From Octopus sinensis (Eukaryota): 64,000 bases of DNA. Positions 10,713 through 24,754 of this stretch are shown here, in pieces (within the stretch, counting starts at the first letter, position 1; each line of letters opens with the position of its first letter). The DNA lies in NCBI RefSeq assembly GCF_006345805.1, contig NC_043006.1, positions 2,542,001 through 2,606,000 of the forward strand. Direction: 5' to 3'. Below the pieces are notes generated by a model, which saw only the letters and a program-made list of their open reading frames with translations, ran no database searches and had not been told where the DNA came from. Position numbers and translations under genes: made by a program.

Positions 10713-13641
10713 GGAAGTGGGGAGAAAAGGTGGAAGAAAGACAGTAATATGAACATTTCTGACATAGTAATGTTACTTAATTTACATGTTGCACTCACGC
10801 TATTCAATGACATGGTAATGTAAGCTAATAGTATTCTGAAACCTTTCCTTTTGTCATACATGGGAATTATTTTAAAATAGGGAAAATATTATTCTTTTTA
10901 TTTATTGATCTTATTTCTTTTAGATAATCATATATTTAAAATTCTTTACCTCTTGGGTGGTCTTCAGTTTCGAATTAGAATTTCCAAGTTTTTGCTTCAA
11001 CTCAGCCCATTTGATGAAGTATTCTAACCAGTTGTAGAGCTTATCAAATTTCTTTTGCAAATTTTCAATAAATTTCCATTGCTGTATATACCATTTCTTG
11101 TAGTAACATTTGCATTGCAGAAGAATTCTTGTATCATATTTTTTCATCTGATGTAAATATTTCTTATGACTCCCCTATTTTTTTCAGTTTCATCTTTACC
11201 TTTCTCTCAATTCCCCCCTCTCTCTTTTATGTTCACATTTTCTGTCTTGCCCTTTCTGCCTTTATCATTCATTTCCCTCTTTTTCACAGCTATTCCCATT
11301 TAACCATATTAGTTTACTGCCTCTAAACGACTCTCTCTCTCTCTCCCCTTCTCTCTTTCTCTTTTTCTCAGGCTTTCTTTCTTTGCCTTTTTATCTGCTT
11401 CAGATAATTTATTCCTTCGCTTATAATGTTCTATATGTATTCCCTCTTCCCACCAAATTATTTCATGCTTGTTACTTTTATTTTTGCACTAATGTTTTAT
11501 TGTGTGTGTAAAATGTCCTTCACTTCTGCCTGCTTTGTTACTTATGAATAAAACATTTCCCTCCTCGCTACTCCTACTCTACCTGTTCCTTTATTGTTAT
11601 GGCAAATCTCCTCTGAATAGATTCTACCTTGAAATTATTTCCTTTCAAACCTATCTCTCTATTTTAATAATAGGGAGAGATATCAAAAGTGAATGTCTGT
11701 ATTGCTATAATGTTAGGCGGAGCTGGCAGAAAGTTACTTATTGATGAGGCGTTTCCCTATTACAATCAGCTCATTGGATGCTCTTTTCAGAGTTTGTAGC
11801 ACGATAATTGAAATGTTCATAGTTCATTTGTAAAAGGCTTGCTCTTGTAGCCATTTCTAATTAAATAGACCTATGATAATTCCCTGAGGTGGTAACTTTG
11901 TTGTAACAGTTGGTCTTGGCTGGCTCACATGTGAGCTGTAATCTTTCCACTATTGTTTACAAGTAATATTTAATTGTTATAAAATCTAATTTCACTTTTT
12001 GTGCTCGTGATATATATATATACAGTAGTTTGCTTGTATTGTGACTCCTTGTTATTAAGGGCAGACTTTCTTATTGCAGCAGGTTTTTGTGACTTTAGGA
12101 TTGCTGCAAAAGCAAACTGAATTGTTTATTCGACAACTTATTTGTTCTATTGTTATTGATTTCAGGTTCTGATTGTGTGATTTTTGTGTAGATCATTTCT
12201 ACTAGAAGGCTTGTCTAACTTTCCATATTTATAAAGTGTCAGTAATTTTGTTGTCAATAGTTTCTCATGTGAAAAGTGTAAAGGTCTTTAATTACAGAAA
12301 GTAATCACTTCTTGATCTGCTTACTTGCAACTATTCCAAACCAGATGTTAAAATAAAATTACAGTTCACTGCTGCCGACATTGATGCAGAAACTGAAGCA
12401 AGGAATTTCAATCAATTATTTTTCACACATGCATCATATTTGTCTGCCATTCAGAATTCATTATGCATTGAGAAGTTGTTTGTTTTGCTAATTTCTCCAT
12501 GGGATACTTGGCTGATGTTTTCATATTGTTGACAATGTTATAAAGTACTAAACTGAGACAGGTGCCTTGTTGTTATTGATATAATTTTATGAAGAAATGA
12601 TTTAGTAGACCCCTATCCATTCCCCACTCTATGCATGATTCCAGCTGAAAGAAAAACTTTAAATAGTTCTCCATAAATCACAAATGAAAGCTGGAACAAA
12701 ACTATGAAATATATTAGCTAGAATGCTTTTTATTGGTTAATATGTTTTAAACCTTAAGTAATTATTGTGAGAAAATAAAAGTGAATTTGTTTTTTTTTTT
12801 AAAGTCTGTCTTAGTTGTCTGCCTTGTATTAGTAAGTTAATTAATGGCTGAGCCATGAGTAGTGGCAAGAAATATGAACTCCAGGCAATAAAGTTGAACT
12901 TACTTCTTAATCTGTGCTATAGTCTTGATTTTTATTTTATTATCAGAACAGGAAGAATTTCTTGACTATTTTGTAATTTCTATGCTGTAAGAAATCTTAT
13001 GTCTTCTACAGAACAATTCCACAAAATTATTCCTAACTATAATTAAAAAAAAAAACCTATTTGCATCATGTTTTTTTTATTTTTTTTATTTTACACCAAA
13101 CAAGATGACTGGTGCTCAGAATTCAACAAAATTTCTTCTTACGAAGAGATATTTAGAGCAGAAGGGCTGTCAGTTTGGTAGATATGGTGACATGCTAGAT
13201 TAGTATTTAGTTGCATACTTCTGTGTTCTGACTTCAATTAAGACTGAGCTTGACTTAGCTTTTCATCTCCCTAGAGTAAATACTATAAGTATCACAGTAT
13301 GATGATATTGGAGTTAATTCAATTGCACCCTGTCCTACAAATATGCATTTTTGTGCATGAATTAAAAAGAAACCATTACTGTTTCATATTCAGAGATTTA
13401 TGAGTGACAGCTCTAATTCTTTCAAAGATAATGAGTTAAAGACAAATGACTGAGTTGATTTGCTCCAACTAAAAAGAATTTACAAGTTGAAAATGAAATG
13501 TAAGCCAATCATTTGGTATTGCGAGTGTCACATATTGATTTGCAGATGTAAGACATTGAATTGTAATTCATGGATTTATGTAACCCGGAGGAGTAGAGTG
13601 AAGCAATACAAAATAAAATGTTTGCAGTTTGGGGTTGATTT

Positions 13642-13850
13642 TTCATCATCATCATCATCATCATCATTTAGCGTCCGTTTTCCATGCTAGCATGGGTTGG
13701 ACGGTTCAACTGGGGTCTGGGAAGCCGGGAGGCTTCATCAGGCCCAGTCAGATTTGGCAGTGTTTCTACGGCTGGATGCCCTTCCTAACGCCAACCACTC
13801 TGTGAGTGTAGTGGGTGCTTTTTATGTGCCACCTGCACAGGTGCCAGACA
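13642..13850 (-). mobile_element. Short copy of the RTE LINE 3' UTR (well preserved)
   Basis: (CAT)n-TTAGCGTCCGTTTTCCATGCTAGCATGGGTTGGACGG...GGCTGGATGCCCTTCCTAACGCCAACC. Confidence 0.9.
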
Positions 13851-14089
13851 TATCATAATCTATGATATTGATCATGCGATATTTAGTATTATTCTTATTG
13901 GTTTCTGGGTTGAAGAAATAGTAGCTGTGTGAGTAAAGCATTCCTAAGGACATTAAAGACGGGGGGGGGAGGGGTTCTGTTCCAGGTGGGAATCAAAACT
14001 GCACTGTTGACTTGGCACTCAGTAAATTTGCTCCTCTAAGTTATTTACCACAATGAAATCGTGGTCATGGTCGTTATCAGTGTCCTGTA

Positions 14090-14320
14090 AACGGCACCTG
14101 GGAAACCATAGTCGTGGCCTTTGCCAGTGTCATGTAAATTGTACCCATTACACTCTTGGAGTGGTTGGTGTTAAGAAGGACATCCAGCCGTAGAAACCAT
14201 GCCAAATCAGACTGAAATCTGGTGCAGCTCTCCAGCTTACCAGTTCCAGTCAAACTGTCTAACAACCCATGCCAGTATAGAAAGTGGACATTAAATGATG
14301 ATGATGATGATGATGATGAC
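14090..14320 (+). mobile_element. Short copy of the RTE LINE 3' UTR (inverted relative to 13642-13850)
   Basis: GAGTGGTTGGTGTTAAGAAGGACATCCAGCCGTAGAAAC...AAAGTGGACATTAAA(TGA)n. Confidence 0.85.
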
Positions 14321-15011
14321 ATTAAGAGAATGGTTGGAGGATTGATTCTTTACTTCTTAGTTCTTTACTTCTTAGTTCTTTACTTTAGCCATTGCACGGT
14401 ACATCGCTTGTGCCAGTTTACTCACCTGGAAAATGGATAGTTCTACTGTGTGGTTTAAGTATAAGAAACTTTTGGAGCCGCCGGGTCTAACATATACTGA
14501 ATCCTCTGTGATTTGTGGATGACAGTCCATGGACAGTCCAAGTGTGCAGTACTTACCTATAGCTTTTTGGTGGCGTTGGTGTCTGTTGATTTGCTTGGTT
14601 GGTCCTTATTTCTGACTGATGACATCATTGTTTACCTGACTAAGATTTGAACTACAATAGACCTACTTCTACTTGGATTCAAGGTGGACATTTGATTGAA
14701 CAGTATAACATTCGATCCTGTTTATTTGATTCAATCTTATAAAACAACAATATTTCCTAGCTTCTATTTTCTTTTATTACATTTCTTCATATTTTCTGTT
14801 TGATTTTGCTTGTCGTCATTTTAATTTTTTCAGTTGCAAGATCAAAGTTCAATGGATTATATTTTGAATTAAAAAGTTAAAAAAAAATTTGTTTGAAAAT
14901 AATTAGAAATTTCATAACTAATTTGCCTGTTCAGCCTTGTAATAATTTTGATAAGTGGTTAAAGTGATTACCCTGTAGGTCATTTCCTCTTTTAATTGTA
15001 TTTTCTTGCAG

Positions 15012-15095
15012 ACCATCAGGAAATTGATGACTATCAACATAAGGATTAAGTAGGCTTCAGTTGACTGAGGATCCAACTTTTCTCACAGACAACAA
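15012..15095 (+). other. Candidate non-coding exon (lncRNA or UTR)
   Basis: Strong acceptor TTTCCTCTTTTTAATTGTATTTTCTTGCAG|, strong donor CAA|GTAAGT, 84 nt, stop codons in all three frames, not repeat-like. Confidence 0.4.
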
Positions 15096-15516
15096 GTAAG
15101 TTCATTTGTTACGTTAAATTTGACATAAGATCTGTTAGCATCTGAGAGAAACGAGTGTATTGTCAATAGTTCAAGTATCCTTGTTATATAGAGAAGTTGA
15201 TCCTTCTCAGCTATTGACAACACATTGTTGCTGCAGGACAACTTTAGCAAAAGGTATTAGTAGTTAGAAATGCTGACTTTTTTTTCTCTATATTTTGTGA
15301 AATTGTTTTTTTATTGCTTTAATTTTTTTTTTATAATTGATTTGTACTTTGTCATGAAGAGCACTTAGAATATTTCTTAGAATATATACAACTTTTTAAT
15401 TTGCTACTTTTAAGTATGTTTTCAAATATTCAAGATTTTATGTTTTGCTTGATGAATTTAAAAAGAAAATTCATGCTTTTGTTTATTATTACTATTATCA
15501 TCATCATTATTATTAT

Positions 15517-15728
15517 TATGGCAGCAAACCAGCAGAATCCTTAGCATGTTGGACAAAATGTTTAGTGGAACATCTTCTGGCTCTTCATGTTTTGAGTTCA
15601 AATTTGCCTTTTATCATTTTCAGCTGATAAAGCAAGTATCGGTTGAGCACTGTAATTATGCAATTATCCAACACTCTCCTCTTGAAAACTACTGGCCTTG
15701 TGCCAAAATTTGAAAGTTATTATTATTG
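15517..15728 (+). mobile_element. tRNA-derived SINE, family B (internally deleted)
   Basis: GGCAGCAAACCAGCAGAATCCTTAGCATG head, GAGTTCAAATT B-box, tail GGCCTTGTGCCAAAATTTGAAA-(TTA)n. Confidence 0.75.
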
Positions 15729-16149
15729 ATAATAGGTGTCATAACATAGCTATTAGCTCTCAGTAAGCTAAATATGTAAACCAGTTTCAATTTACTATTG
15801 AAACTACTTAATTAGAATACCTTTGGAAAAAGCATGAATATCATATATTCCTATAATTCCAGCTTCATAAATTTGATGGCAACATAGTGCTATAGTATAT
15901 TCTCTATGAATAATGTCTGTCTGACTCAATTTCAAATGTCAGTTTGAACTGTTTCATCTTACTAATTTTTTGGGGAAAAGTATGAGATTCTGGTGTGGTA
16001 GAGCTCACACATCAGAAGTATTTGAAGGTTTATCTTACAGGTTATAAAGATTTAGTCTGATAAGTAATGTCCAGAAAACTGAGGCCATCTGTTTATGGCC
16101 TGCTACAGTCCCCTCTCTCCTCCCCCTCAGCACGGCAGCGACAACTAAC

Positions 16150-16760
16150 AACAGTCTCCTAATTTTAGATATTTAAGTGGCGTTATTTCCAATGACTGCC
16201 CATGGGATAAGGAGGTTCTTAACTACCCCAGACATGCTTCTGTTGCCTTTGAAAGTCTCAACCACCCCAGCCTCCATAACAAGGGTTTCATCATCTGTGC
16301 CCTTTGTGTTTCCTTTCTCCTCTATGGCTGTGTATTATGGACCATTTACAACAAAATACATTAAATGTCCTTGAGGCATTTAATTTGTAGTGTCTTCAGA
16401 AGATCCTTTCAGTCCCCTGGCAAGATGGATTATGCACAGAGAAGTCGGCCATCAAACCAACAAACAGAAGATGTGAATCTGCATCATACAGGTATCATCT
16501 GAGATGGTTCAGAACTGTAGTGCACCTGCTACATTGGATCCTCTCTTGTCATCTATAGCATGGTCAATCACCTGGATGGAGAAACTAAAGAAACAGTTCA
16601 AAGACAAGCTGAAGATCATTCTGAAGAGGCGTAAAAATCAATCCTTCAAGAAAGGATGGCATTGGTACCAATCGTTCACTGTGACATCCTCACCTTTGGA
16701 GGGGAGCTGAAGATATGGAGGAGAAATGCAGCACCAGCAGGAGATGTTAGAAAAGAAGTA
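16150..16760 (+). pseudogene. RTE-clade LINE 3' ORF fragment, heavily decayed
   Basis: Frameshifted translation gives LLYGCVLWTIY...LQKILSVPWQD...YHLRWF...KKQFKDKLKIILKR, the typical RTE C-terminal pattern. Confidence 0.72.
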
Positions 16761-18394
16761 TGCACTCAGGTTAATTGTTGAAGAGGCTTTTTGTTAAGAG
16801 TCCATTTGTAAGTAACAATTGTTTCTGTGCCTAATAATTCTCTCTGAATATTTCTTTTAATTTATATTAGGGGTTATTTTATATTTGTAAGATGTAGATA
16901 AAACCAAATATCTTTTGGAAGTAGTCTCTTTCTATGCTCTTTCCACTGTTTAGTCACTGATGTGTCATCATGTTTCAAATTTTGAGGAAGATGCAATGAA
17001 AGAAACACTAGACTGTCTCATGGTAACATGTTTTCCCCTCTAAGTCATAATATCCAGATACCTTGTGGTTAGAAATGTTTCCCACTTTCCTCCCACTTCA
17101 TAAACAACTTCTGTTTGCTCTGTCATTTTGATTCATTTTGCTCCCAGTTGACAATGAATTGCTCATTTGCAGGACTTGAAATACATCATTGTATGTAGTC
17201 TTTGATTTTCTTCTCATAAATCAACAAATAAGCCTGGAATTTGAGAAGTCTAAGGGTGATGCGTAAAAAATGACATGCTATCGTTTCATAAGTTGGAATT
17301 GTAAATTGTCAAGGGAATACCAAGGAAGAAAAATGGATTCAATGTGTTGCAGATGTGGTGTAAGAAAGGAAATTGTGAAGTTTGAGGCTCGACAGTTACA
17401 TATTGAATATGGCAGTTATTGTATTACAAAGGTTTCAGTGATAAAGAAACTTACTGCTTCACATGAAGTTAGATATATGCATAGAATGATGGATTTGTAG
17501 CAGGACAAAACATGTGGGGAGTTAGAGTGCTGAGTTGAAAAATGTTTATATATATTTTATATACATGGATATGATTTCTAGTTCTGGATGGCTTCATTTG
17601 GAATCTCCAGCTGTTTACGGAATCCATGTTATTGGATTTATCACTACTTTTATTCTACATGACTTAAAATAAGAACAGAACTTGTATGGTGTTAAAGAAA
17701 TGAATTGAGCAAATAGGCATTTGTGGTACAACAGTTGAGTGAATAGAAGACTTTTATGCATGAAAAATATGGCAATGTTATTAATACTAAAGGTTGTAGG
17801 TGCACTAAGATATTTATCATTTTGTTGTTGTATGATGAATGTTAAAGTAAGAATACACATACATTAAATTTATGTAGATATCTAAATTTATTGACCTATC
17901 TTACATACTAATATGAAAATGTATGTAAAAATTTAAAAACCTAATTAATAGAACTGCTAAGTGTGTAGATGCTTTCAAACTTTTGTAGTACTTGTTTAAT
18001 AGTGGGAAAAATCAAATTTTACAAGAAAAAAATTCTGTTCATAAGATCCTTGTAAAAAATTGTTCAGTGTCCAGTATTGTAATGTTCTACTTAACTTTAT
18101 GTTGCAAATGTACTTGATAATGTTATAACAATTGTTAAATGTATTTGGTTATTTTTAACACTTAAATTCTACTTCTTAATTATTTTTTTACTGGTTTCAG
18201 TAATTGAGCTGCAGCAATACTGAGGTTTTGCCATCAGTTGTAATGTAATCTTGTTGTTGGAATTATGTAGCTGAGGAAGTTTGAAACTGTTGCTCTCGGC
18301 TGCTTTACCTGTTCATCTCAGCTCTTGCAGATTAGAATGTCCAAGTAATGGTTGACTTTATTTCATATGTAGTTCTTATTTATTTATTTATTTT

Positions 18395-18595
18395 GGAATA
18401 AGGCCAGTCATTTTTGGGGAGGTGTTAAGTTAATTACATCAACCTCATTGCTCAATTGATACTTATTTTTATCAACCCCGGAAGGATGAAAGGCAAAGTC
18501 GACCTTGGTGGAATTTGAACTCCGAATGTAAAGACAGATGAAATGCCACTAAGCATTTTACTTGCCGCATTGAATATTTTGCCAGCTCAGCGCTT
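18395..18595 (-). mobile_element. tRNA-derived SINE, family B
   Basis: Plus strand shows GGATGAAAGGCAAAGTCGACCTTGGTGGAATTTGAACTC...TTTGCCAGCTCAGCGC. Confidence 0.85.
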
Positions 18596-19194
18596 TATAT
18601 ATATATATATATATCTGTGTGTGTGTGTGTGTGTTTCATATTACAATTTGTAAGCAGTTGCAAATTGGATATAGGTTACCAGTGTATCAATCACTGACTC
18701 ACAGCATTTCTAATAGTGAGAGTGATTAGTGAATGTCTAACTGAATGCAGAGAGGTTTGATCTGACAAAAGATTTCATCTGAAGAGCATCCACTTTTCTC
18801 TGATGTTTAGATTCTTTCTCAACATGCATAGGTGAAATATATTAACACATATGCATGAATGCACATTCATGTAAGAAATATTATTTCAAGCAGTTAGCCA
18901 ATGCGCAAACCAGAGCTTCTTTACTAATGCTTGTTATGTGTGCCTGATTGGGTGTATGTGTGTGTATATGTGAACTGAAAGGGCTTTGAAGTAAAGTATC
19001 TAATCTGGCTCAGATCAAATGATATACAATCACACAGTATTTACATATTTCTTGCAATTAAGATAAACATTACACCTTGAAGTGTTTGTATTTTTAAAAT
19101 AATATCAATATGTGAACAATAGATTTTCTAGCACCAGGGTCATTAACCCTTCTAACTGCTGTAATATGCTTGAACAGTATAAGAAGAGTATGTA

Positions 19195-20092
19195 TAAGGT
19201 GGCATTGTAAAGTTCCTGGACTAATTCTGTAGTTCACCAATAGATGACAGCACATGGTTGTGTGCAGTGTGAGAGCTAACAGTGACCGTCATGAGGCAGA
19301 AGTGTGCTGAGTGACATTGCTGTGTTTACTTTGCAAGTTGTGAAATTTGTGTTTTTGTGATCGCATGTGTCTGCTGTGGTCTGTAATTGTTGTCATGGAC
19401 AGCAAGCTGGAACAAAGAGCCAACATGAAATTTTGTGCTAAACTTGGGGAGTCTGTTACAGACATTGAACATGCTTTGGTAAACTTATGGTGACGATGCA
19501 ATGGGTTGTGCACTATGTTTTGAGTGTCACGGGTGCTTCAAAAGTGGAAGGAAATCCCTGGAAGACCTGCCACGAACATCACCCCTGGAAATATGGAGAG
19601 AATTCATCAGCTTGTGTATGAGGATCGTCAGAGGACAATCAACAACGTTTTGAAGTGTTTGAAGAGGGACATCCAGCAAAAGCAATCAGTTCTGTGGAGC
19701 ATGAATAATTGGATACTTTACAAAGACAATGCACCCTGTCACCAATCTCTTCTCACTCGTGAGTTTCTCACCAACAACAACATGGTATCACTTCCGCACC
19801 CACCCTATTCACCAGATTTAGCACCTGCGGACTTCCATCTCTTCCCCAAGATGAAAATGCAGCTCAAAGGTCACCATTTTAACATCATTGTTGAGATCAA
19901 GAGCATATGGTAGAAAGTCCTTGACTTACAGAAAATGACTTCCAGGCTGGATTCCAAAAGGGGTAGGAATGGGGTGACCAGTGTATTGCTGTGCGAAGTG
20001 ACTATTTCAAAGTATATGATTTTAAAACCTAAATAAATAAGTTATTTTTTGTTGAACATAACCATTCCAGCAACTTTTTGATACTACATTTA
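19195..20092 (+). mobile_element. Mariner element, internally deleted
   Basis: TA-flanked imperfect TIRs; N-terminus MDSKLEQRANMKFCAKLG; C-terminus YKDNAPCH...LPHPPYSPDLAPADFHLFPKMK (YSPDL motif); the WVP/first-Asp region is missing. Confidence 0.92.
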
Positions 20093-20424
20093 TTTTATAT
20101 ATGGTCTTACATGAAAGCACCAAAGTAATTCAACAGCTCATCAATTTCAATGGTTGAGCAGGTGATCAACTGATCTCCATCACAGTATTAAATCTTCACA
20201 AAACAAATCAAACCAGGTTTAATTCTAGGTTAATATTATTAAAGAGCTTGGAAACTATGTTTCCCTCAGTTTTTCAAATTGCTAAACCCACTTGTATGTC
20301 ACAACTCTTGACAGAGGTGTTACTATTTTTCAAGAAAAGGGCATAATTTCAGCTTAGAATGCACAGAACCAATGCAGATACTGCAAGGAATCTTGCCTGA
20401 TAACTCTATTAATTCTACCAATTT

Positions 20425-20575
20425 ACTGCTCTTATTTTATTGATACTGAGAGGATGAAAAGTAAGTTGACCTTGGCAGGATTTGAACTCAGAACACAAAG
20501 AGCTGGAACAAATGCTATGAGGCAGTCTGTCCAACACTCTAATGATTCAGCCAAGTTGCTGTCTGAACTTACGGC
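20425..20575 (-). mobile_element. tRNA-derived SINE, family B fragment
   Basis: GAGGATGAAAAGTAAGTTGACCTTGGCAGGATTTGAACTCAGAAC. Confidence 0.7.
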
Positions 20576-21080
20576 TACTCTGAAAATTACAATAGCTCTC
20601 GTTTAGATTTAGATCTCACAAATATCTAAAGAGGAAGAAGTTTGCATGATTTCAGTTGACTCGAATGTATTACTGGTACTTATTTTACTGGTGTGAGTAG
20701 AAGGACATAATTAGCACTCTGATATTGGTGAAGATGGCATCTCAGGATTTACTTGTGCCATGATTTTGATAATAAAACCTGTTCATTTCTTCCTCCTAAT
20801 TCTGACTTCAGGTCAAAAAGGGAAATGCTTTTAATGCAAGAATAGATAGAAGACAATGTGAACAGAGTGGATTAACTAATCATAAGCGGATGGAAAATGA
20901 TGTTAATCCTTGAGAAAGATTTAGAGTTAAAACTACAAAATACTGAATATTGTAAAGTATTCAATGTATCTCTCTGCCATTCCAGCATCATAAAGTGGAG
21001 TAATTTGATCAAAAATGCTATGACAAGATTTGGTCTCTAAGAAGAGGTAAAGATAGTTGCTACTATTTCTTGAATATCAA

Positions 21081-21285
21081 GCAGTGAGCTGGCAGAATCA
21101 TTAGCTTGCTGGACAAAATGCTAAGCAGCATTTCATCTGTCTGCACATTCTGAGTTCAAATTCCACCAAGGTCGACTTTGCCTTTCATCCTGTCAGGGTT
21201 GACAAATTATATATCACTGAAATACAGGTCAATGTAATCAACTTGTCACCTCCACCAAAATTTCAGGCCTTGTTCCTTTAGGGTT
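21081..21285 (+). mobile_element. tRNA-derived SINE, family B
   Basis: GCAGTGAGCTGGCAGAATCATTAGC...GAGTTCAAATTCCACCAAGGTCGACTTTGCCTTTCATCC...TTTCAGGCCTTGTTCCTTTAG. Confidence 0.88.
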
Positions 21286-22164
21286 ATGTCTTGAATATCA
21301 CAATACTGGGAGAGGGGGAGGATAATTCAAGGGCCAAGAGAATATTGTTGATAATTCTCTCTTTTGGTTCATAAAATCCTAGATTTAATGAACTGTGAAA
21401 TATTTTAACTGCATGAATGTAGTAAATATCATTGAAGAGTCATGGATTGATGACCTAAAAGGTTAATGAGAAATAAATGGACAACTACCATGGATTGATG
21501 GTTAGCTCCTACCAAACAAAGGGAAGTCTGATAAAGAGATGTTTCTTTGAGTTACTTAAGAATAACAGAATAGCACAACAAGGGAAGCTGATCTCTTTAA
21601 CTGATACCAGAAAAGATAAAAAGCAAGCCATGAAATTAATGATTTGGTGGTGGTAATTGTTTTGATGGTGATAATATGGGCACTTACCATCAGGCCTCCA
21701 AGCAGGCGGTTTTACAGATACATTTTTTCTCATGAATGGAATTCATAAGAGGAAAAAAAAAAAGAAACTTTTTCAGAAAAAAAATTGTAAAATATATGTT
21801 CTGCAGACAAAGCCTATGCAATGAGTCATTTAAAACAAACAGTCAAAGTCTAGGAGGGCAGTGTTTGCAGAGCGTATAACAGATGTTCTTTCGAAGGAAA
21901 GTGTTGCAAATGAAGTGACCTTGACTGGTTTGCTTTCACCTACAGCCTGATGTTATATATTTTGCTTATCAAGCAGCATGTCTTATCAATGTTTTTTTGT
22001 GGTTTGTACTGTTGAGAAAACTGATGTCGCTAGCAAAGTTTTGAAGTAGGCCATCATCACCTGAGATATTCAAGTGTTGTCTCAGTTGTCTTGCATGTAT
22101 CAGTGTGTGTGTGTGTGTGTATGTGTATGCATGCACACATCACACATACTTGTACATACATATG

Positions 22165-22200
<36 letters not shown>

Positions 22201-24754
22201 AGTATGTGTGTGCATAGTTTAATCAGGTGTTTCATCTCAGAAATGGTAAGTGTTGGCTTAATTGCTTCATTCTTGGGAGTATCTGAAAATATTATGCATG
22301 GGAATTATGTAGGTGTTCATCTATTGATCAAAAATCAAATTCTAAAAACAGTAGTTTTTTTGTACCTCTGATGCAAAAATGATATTCTGCTTGCTTCAAG
22401 AAGCTTGGCTGAAAATAGTATCAGTTCGTCTTTAAATTTGTTGAGCTGTCCTGCTGCTTACCACACTGACATCAGTTCAAATCTTACTGCTACGAGTTGT
22501 GTTGTACTCCTGAAAAAACACTCACAATGCGCTTGTTCCAGGTTGCCAGACTTCACTGTTGAGTAGTCATAATGTAAGAAGATCACCCAGTTGTAGAAAT
22601 AAAAACACACAAACACACGAAAGAAGAAACAAACAAAAACAATCCTGCTCATCAAGTCTGGGAAAACAGACACAGAACGGGGGATAAAAAAAACATTGCA
22701 GAAGATGTTAGAAGAGAACAGAAAATGTAAAAAAAAAAGAATCAAAAGTGTTTCTGTGAATTCCATACGACGCTAAACAATTGCATAGTCTTATCTTGTT
22801 AATGTTATCATTGTCTATGTTGGTATAATACAGAATTTGAATTGCACACTTGTATATATCTCACAGCATGACCGTCTGTCATGTAAACCTCATTTTATGC
22901 CTTAGTTTTTATCCTGTCATGTGGTATGCCATGGATATAATTTGTAAAACTTCTATATATAATAAGTTGATTTCTTTATCATGAATTGAAATCAAAGTGA
23001 GTTAGAAGTCTCTCTATATAAATACCAGCATCAGACCCTTTAACTCAAGAATAAGCCCCACTATAAAATCTTAAGTCTGTTATAGAATTTAAATTCATGA
23101 TCCTGATCACTCTCTTGATGATTATTTTCTTGTCTTAGCACGACATCATAGATTCGAAAATAAGTTAGGTTGTTGATATATTTGGAGATGGTCATCTTTT
23201 GCCAATAAATGCATGCACTTTGATCTCAGTTATGATTATTATTATTATCATTGCCTTTGCACAGCTTCTCATGCTGGAGATGTACGATGGTGTCAGCTGT
23301 TCACTACCGAACTAAGGTAACACCTCTTATTTTTCGAGCACCTCCCAGAGTATACCGAGCAGTTCCAAGCAGTGCTGTTTTCTGCAAGTGGTCCACCCTT
23401 ATTGCAGCCCCTATTTATTCCATGTACTTCTCAAGATTTTTACTCACTGTTCCCAGGTCTCCGACAGTTATTGGTACTAATACCACCTTTTTCATCGACC
23501 ACAACTGCTTAACTGCCCAAGCTAACCTGTCATACCTATCAACTTTTCTTTCTTCCTTATCGCATACCTTGTCAGCTGGGCATGCTATATCTATGATCCA
23601 GCATAGTTTGCTTTCTTTCTCAATTAAGACTATGTCCGGCTTCCTATTCTCTATCTCATGGTCACACTGAATCATAAAATCCTACAGAATCTTTGCATTA
23701 TCATTATCGATGATGCCTTCAGGATTGTGGTTGTAACAATTTTTTTCTCTGTCAAGTCCATACTTGTTGCAAAGTGTCTAATGGACAAGCTTTGCTATAT
23801 TGTCGTGGCGTCTCTTATATTCCTTCTGGGCTAGTGGTGTACGTTGGCTGGTAATATGCCATACGGATTCACCATTTTGTCCACAGATTCTGCACTTATC
23901 ACTTTCTGATGTGTTGTCTACTCTGTATTTTATGTAGTTTGTTCTTAGTGCTTGCTCTTGGGCAGCACAGATTAGAACCTCTGTTTCCGGTTTTAAATCA
24001 CTTTTAGTCATCCACAGCCATCTTTTTTCTCTTTCTGTCTTATCTTCAACATCCCTATGAAATTGTCCATGCATTCTTTTCTTTACCCACCTATTTTCAG
24101 TATCATTCCTTTTCAATCGCTTGTATAGTGCTTTATCTTTGCAATCTTTCATCCCACACAAGCCTGACCTTCTTACTTCTGATAATAGCGGTTCTGTGGC
24201 ATTTTTTTACATACCATGCTATGCTGTTTTCTTCTGCTCTAATGCTGTGATCGCATCTAATAAGTCCTCTACCCCTTCTTTTTCTTGGTACATACAGTCT
24301 GTCTGTCTGTCACTTTTTGGGTGGATTGTCCCAATTCTGGTCAGCAACTTCCTTGTCTTTCTGTCTAAGCTGTTTAGTTCATCTACTGTCCATGCGATTA
24401 CCCCTGCTCCATATCTAAGGAGTGAAACTGCCCAGGTGTTGATAGCTTCAATCTTATTCTGTCCATTTAATTTCGACTTAAGGATCAGTCTCAGTCTGCG
24501 CAAGGACTCCACCTTAAATTTTTCTGTCATTTCTTTCTCTATCAATTTATCCATTTGCAAAATCCCCAAGTACTTATAGCCCATTTCTTCTATCTGCTTC
24601 ATAACCTCCCCTGACGGTATCCTTAGCCTGTCCATACATTTGATTTTACCTCTCTTCAAGACTAATACACTACACTTTCTTAGTCTGAACTCCATTCTGA
24701 TATCAGCACTGAAAGTATACACCATATCAATGAGGGAACTGACTTGGTATTCAT

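Noticed and set aside
11779-11794. TGCTCTTTTCAGAGTT resembles the histone mRNA 3' stem-loop
   Set aside because: The outer G-C pairs of GGCTCTTTTCAGAGCC are missing and there is no histone ORF upstream.
14545-14640. Minus-strand donor AG|GTAAGT with a short upstream frame
   Set aside because: The frame ends in a stop at the junction and no acceptor or homology is evident.
18180-18240. Minus-strand CTGATG...GAAACCAGTA as another hammerhead
   Set aside because: The core is CTGATGG, and no helix I or helix II can be formed.
19500-19700. Shared internal deletion defining a MITE family for the two related mariners (19195 and 59914)
   Set aside because: The deletion breakpoints differ between the copies, so the losses are independent.
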